Virus record (IMG/VR): IMGVR_UViG_3300027278_000001
Location: 1 to 64,000 of that record
Strand: one strand, 5' to 3'
DNA: 64,000 bases
Source: a virus
Taxonomy: Duplodnaviria > Caudoviricetes
Within the stretch, counting starts at the first letter, position 1, and every line of letters begins with the position of its first letter. The translations under genes were made by a program, and so were the position numbers. The notes under the pieces were generated by a model. The model saw only the letters and a list, made by a program, of their open reading frames with translations. It ran no database searches and was not told where the DNA came from. Of the stretch, positions 61,229 to 64,000 are shown piece after piece.

Positions 61229-61957
61229 TCAGTCATTAAGAATACGCTCCTTAGCAGTGTTAAAGTAGGTTCCATCCATCTCAACACCAATAAATTTGCG
61301 GTTAAGATTTTTACAAGCTAGTCCGGTTGTTCCAGACCCCATTGTAAAGTCTAAAACTGTTTCCCCTTCATTAGTGTATGTGTGAATCAGATATTCCATT
61401 AATTCTACTGGTTTTTGGGTTGGGTGTACTTTACCATGCTGGTTGGCATTGCTTATGGTTATAATTTGATTAGGGTGCTTAGTATCTATAATCTTGGACA
61501 CTTTACGTTGCTTTCCGTAGTTCTCACTGTGCTTATTGGAGGTCTCAGAAACCCTGGGTTTTTGTTTAGTCATTTGCGGATTATAGTTTGAGTGGTGGCA
61601 ATTAAATACCATGATATTCTCTACCATGCACATTGGCATTCTTTTAGCATTCAGGTGTCCACTTGGTTTCACTTTATTCCAAACCCAATCATACTTGTAA
61701 TTATCTAGGTTACTAATCCTTAAAGCGCTACTGAAAGGTTCCATTCCAAACAAGACGATAGCACCATTGTGTTTTACAATACGGTTAAGCTGAATCCACA
61801 TGCTCTCAAAATCAATAACACTGTCCCAGCTACTTTGCGTCTTCTGGTAAGGAGGATCACAAATAATAGCATCAACACTCCCATCTGGAATCTCTTTCAT
61901 TCGCTCAAGGCAGTCACCCTGCATTAGCCAAAAATTCTCATCCTTATAATCACTCAC
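61229..61957 (-). CDS. DNA amino-methyltransferase (beta class, N6A/N4C)
   Basis: GDCLE.M, DPPY, HPTQKP..L.EYLI and VLDFTMGSGTTG. Confidence 0.92.
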   Translation of the reverse strand: MSDYKDENFWLMQGDCLERMKEIPDGSVDAIICDPPYQKTQSSWDSVIDFESMWIQLNRIVKHNGAIVLFGMEPFSSALRISNLDNYKYDWVWNKVKPSGHLNAKRMPMCMVENIMVFNCHHSNYNPQMTKQKPRVSETSNKHSENYGKQRKVSKIIDTKHPNQIITISNANQHGKVHPTQKPVELMEYLIHTYTNEGETVLDFTMGSGTTGLACKNLNRKFIGVEMDGTYFNTAKERILND

Positions 61958-62072
61958 TCTGCATCTCCTCCATTAAGGCTTCACTCAAGTTCTCGCCCAA
62001 TTCACAAGCAATCCAACTTTGTTGGTGGGACATTAGATCAAGGAATTCATCATATTCTAGTTCTAGCATATG

Positions 62073-62372
62073 TTAAAACTCCACCTTTGGTTGTACGGGA
62101 CGTGGATAAGCCACGAAGCAGATATTGTCCAGAGGACTATCTTCTACATTATATTTGATATTGTAGGTTTCAAGCCGACTACCATTCTGATGTTTACAAG
62201 GCAGAGTACAATATATGAAATTACCAACTTTGACAGCAGAGAGACTATTCACCCACCCTTGATTGTGTGTTTTGTAGATAAGAGCTGTTCCAACTTTGTC
62301 TAGGTTGTCATTGTAGATGCGCATGTATTTACTTGCGCTGATGATCTTACGTTGCTTTGAATATTTGTTCAT
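62073..62372 (-). CDS. Hypothetical protein with its own promoter
   Basis: ATG at 62372 after AAGGAGG. Promoter TTGACA-17-TATGAT (62429-62401). Confidence 0.65.
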   Translation of the reverse strand: MNKYSKQRKIISASKYMRIYNDNLDKVGTALIYKTHNQGWVNSLSAVKVGNFIYCTLPCKHQNGSRLETYNIKYNVEDSPLDNICFVAYPRPVQPKVEF

Positions 62373-62432
62373 AAATCCTCCTTCGTTTGAATGTGGAGTA
62401 ATCATACAAGCTACTCCACAAGCTGTCAAACT

Positions 62433-63299
62433 TTATTTATCGTCTTTGCTGAAATCATACCCAGCAACGATTCCGTAATCGTCTTCTTTGGTAATATTTG
62501 AGAACAACTCCTTGACACTTTCTTGTTTAGCAACAGCCTCCTCAAAAGACTTAACCAGAGGTTCTTTCTTCTTAGCAGGAGCTTTCTTAGGCTTCTCCTT
62601 CTCAGTGAGCGTGTACTTCTTCAGCACAGCAGCCAACCCCTGTTCCACTCCAGATGCTACAGCGGTTTCAATAATGCTGTCAATAGAAGGTATGGAGTCT
62701 TGGTTGCAATCGGTACATGACTCATCGCCACATCCTTGTTCAGCATGGTAGTCGTAGAAACGCATCATACGCTCTTCAAGCTCTTTTGCACCAAACCAGA
62801 ACTCTTTCCCGTCATTACACTGAGAAATTTCCTCTGGTGACAACAGGCCGGCGTAAGTGGTTTCAATTTCTTCCTCCATCTGCTTGATCCCAAACTCTGT
62901 CTGAGATTTCACGTCTGGATTCTTGCCTACTGATCCCCACCACGCGCAATGTGCCATAAATTGAATATGCTCACCCCATCCGTGTGCACTGCACGCCAAG
63001 AATACGCCTGTAGCAGCCGACATGCAGTCATACTCGATGAATCCCTTAACATTAGCTTGAGATTCCAAGATCGCGTTTACGATCATTCTCTCAGATGACA
63101 CAAAACCCCCTCTCGAATTTATTCGGATGATTACTTCATCTTGAGGGCCAGCTGTTCGCAGAATATTGCACAAATCCACATAGTTCTCAGGAGCTTCAAT
63201 TGGGCCAGTGAGGTAGTAGGTGAATTGAGTACCACGAACTTCAGTTGTGAATGTATTGGTTGCCTGCATCATTGGTAGAAGCTTGAAATCATCACTCAT
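62433..63299 (-). CDS. ClpP-like serine protease
   Basis: YLTGPI, INSRGG, catalytic SAA and MAH motifs. Long C-terminal extension. Confidence 0.85.
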   Translation of the reverse strand: MSDDFKLLPMMQATNTFTTEVRGTQFTYYLTGPIEAPENYVDLCNILRTAGPQDEVIIRINSRGGFVSSERMIVNAILESQANVKGFIEYDCMSAATGVFLACSAHGWGEHIQFMAHCAWWGSVGKNPDVKSQTEFGIKQMEEEIETTYAGLLSPEEISQCNDGKEFWFGAKELEERMMRFYDYHAEQGCGDESCTDCNQDSIPSIDSIIETAVASGVEQGLAAVLKKYTLTEKEKPKKAPAKKKEPLVKSFEEAVAKQESVKELFSNITKEDDYGIVAGYDFSKDDK

Positions 63300-63991
63300 T
63301 AATTATTCTCCTTTTCAAAGTAAAATGCTTTTACAAGCGCCTTGGTTAGTTTGCTACGACGACCACTATCCTCAAACGTGAAGTTTACAAACCCAATATT
63401 ATTCTCAAGCTCATAAATGTCTTCTTTGTCTAGGAACTTTGGAGGATTTGTTTTAATCGCTTCCAACAGTTGACTTAAATACAGAAGCCCTGTTTCTTTA
63501 CGAATATCTTTTTGACGCCAATCGCCCGTCAAGCAGAGTTGGGCACCATCACCGACCCGAGTAGTCATCATCTGCATAAGGTCAGTATCAAAGCCCTGCG
63601 CCTCTTCACACAAAACGAAAACACCATCTTCAAAGGAGTAGCCGCGCAACCACTCGACACTTTTAAACTCAATCACCTTTTTCTCAAGCATGTAGGCAAG
63701 TTGTGCTTTACCAAGAAACTTGCTCAAGTGCTCTAGAATGCTAGTAAAGATTACAGCAAGCTTCTCATTTTCTGTCCCTGGAACTGCCCCGATAGTTCGG
63801 CCACAAGACTCGTAAGGGCGAACAAGGAATAGCTTGTGAATACTCTTCTCACGCAAAAGGTTAGCAGCGTGCCATGCAGCAAGAATACTCTTACCACCAC
63901 CTGCTGGCCCTTGCAGTGCTACAATCTTACGACCTTCTTGCAAGTAATAAGCACCAAGCTTCTGAGCATCCCCTACTGGGGTGAATGGCAT
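63299..63991 (-). CDS. phoH: PhoH-like ATPase
   Basis: GPAGGGKS, LVRP, IGA.PG...EKL, LRGYSF, EEAQ, TRVG and GDWRQ.D. Confidence 0.92.
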   Translation of the reverse strand: MPFTPVGDAQKLGAYYLQEGRKIVALQGPAGGGKSILAAWHAANLLREKSIHKLFLVRPYESCGRTIGAVPGTENEKLAVIFTSILEHLSKFLGKAQLAYMLEKKVIEFKSVEWLRGYSFEDGVFVLCEEAQGFDTDLMQMMTTRVGDGAQLCLTGDWRQKDIRKETGLLYLSQLLEAIKTNPPKFLDKEDIYELENNIGFVNFTFEDSGRRSKLTKALVKAFYFEKENN

Positions 63992-64000
63992 TGCATTGAA

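Noticed and set aside
1-64000. Stop-codon reassignment or alternative genetic code
   Set aside because: Core genes are full length under the standard code, and all three stop codons terminate genes.

Overview
This window is part of a lytic contractile-tailed (myovirus) phage genome. Gene order and the tail-fibre tip suggest a Pakpunavirus/Otagovirus-like phage of Pseudomonas; this is inference, as no database search was run. Layout: (+) tail tube paralogues, chaperone, tape measure, baseplate, tail fibre and lysis cassette (1-16.0 kb). (-) Nucleotide metabolism and replication: NrdB, NrdA, ThyX, MazG-like, HAD nucleotidase, exonucleases, SSB, family A DNA polymerase and primase-helicase (16.2-40.9 kb). 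A ~490 bp non-coding divergence region that probably encodes a structured RNA (41.0-41.45 kb). (+) Small early genes driven by about 13 repeated sigma70 promoter modules (41.45-53.6 kb). A non-coding, CCTAT-repeat-rich ~0.8 kb region, possibly the origin or genome terminus. (-) SF2 helicase-like protein, HNH, SleB, dCMP deaminase, DNA methyltransferase, ClpP-like protease and PhoH (54.4-64 kb). I saw no integrase, repressor, canonical tRNA or CRISPR array. The best leads are the promoter-driven, CCA-ending tRNA-like RNA at ~41.1 kb, the promoter/hairpin cassettes, three paralogous Zn-module GIY-YIG-like endonucleases, and the iteron-like region beside the SF2 protein. Family assignments come from motifs recognised by eye.
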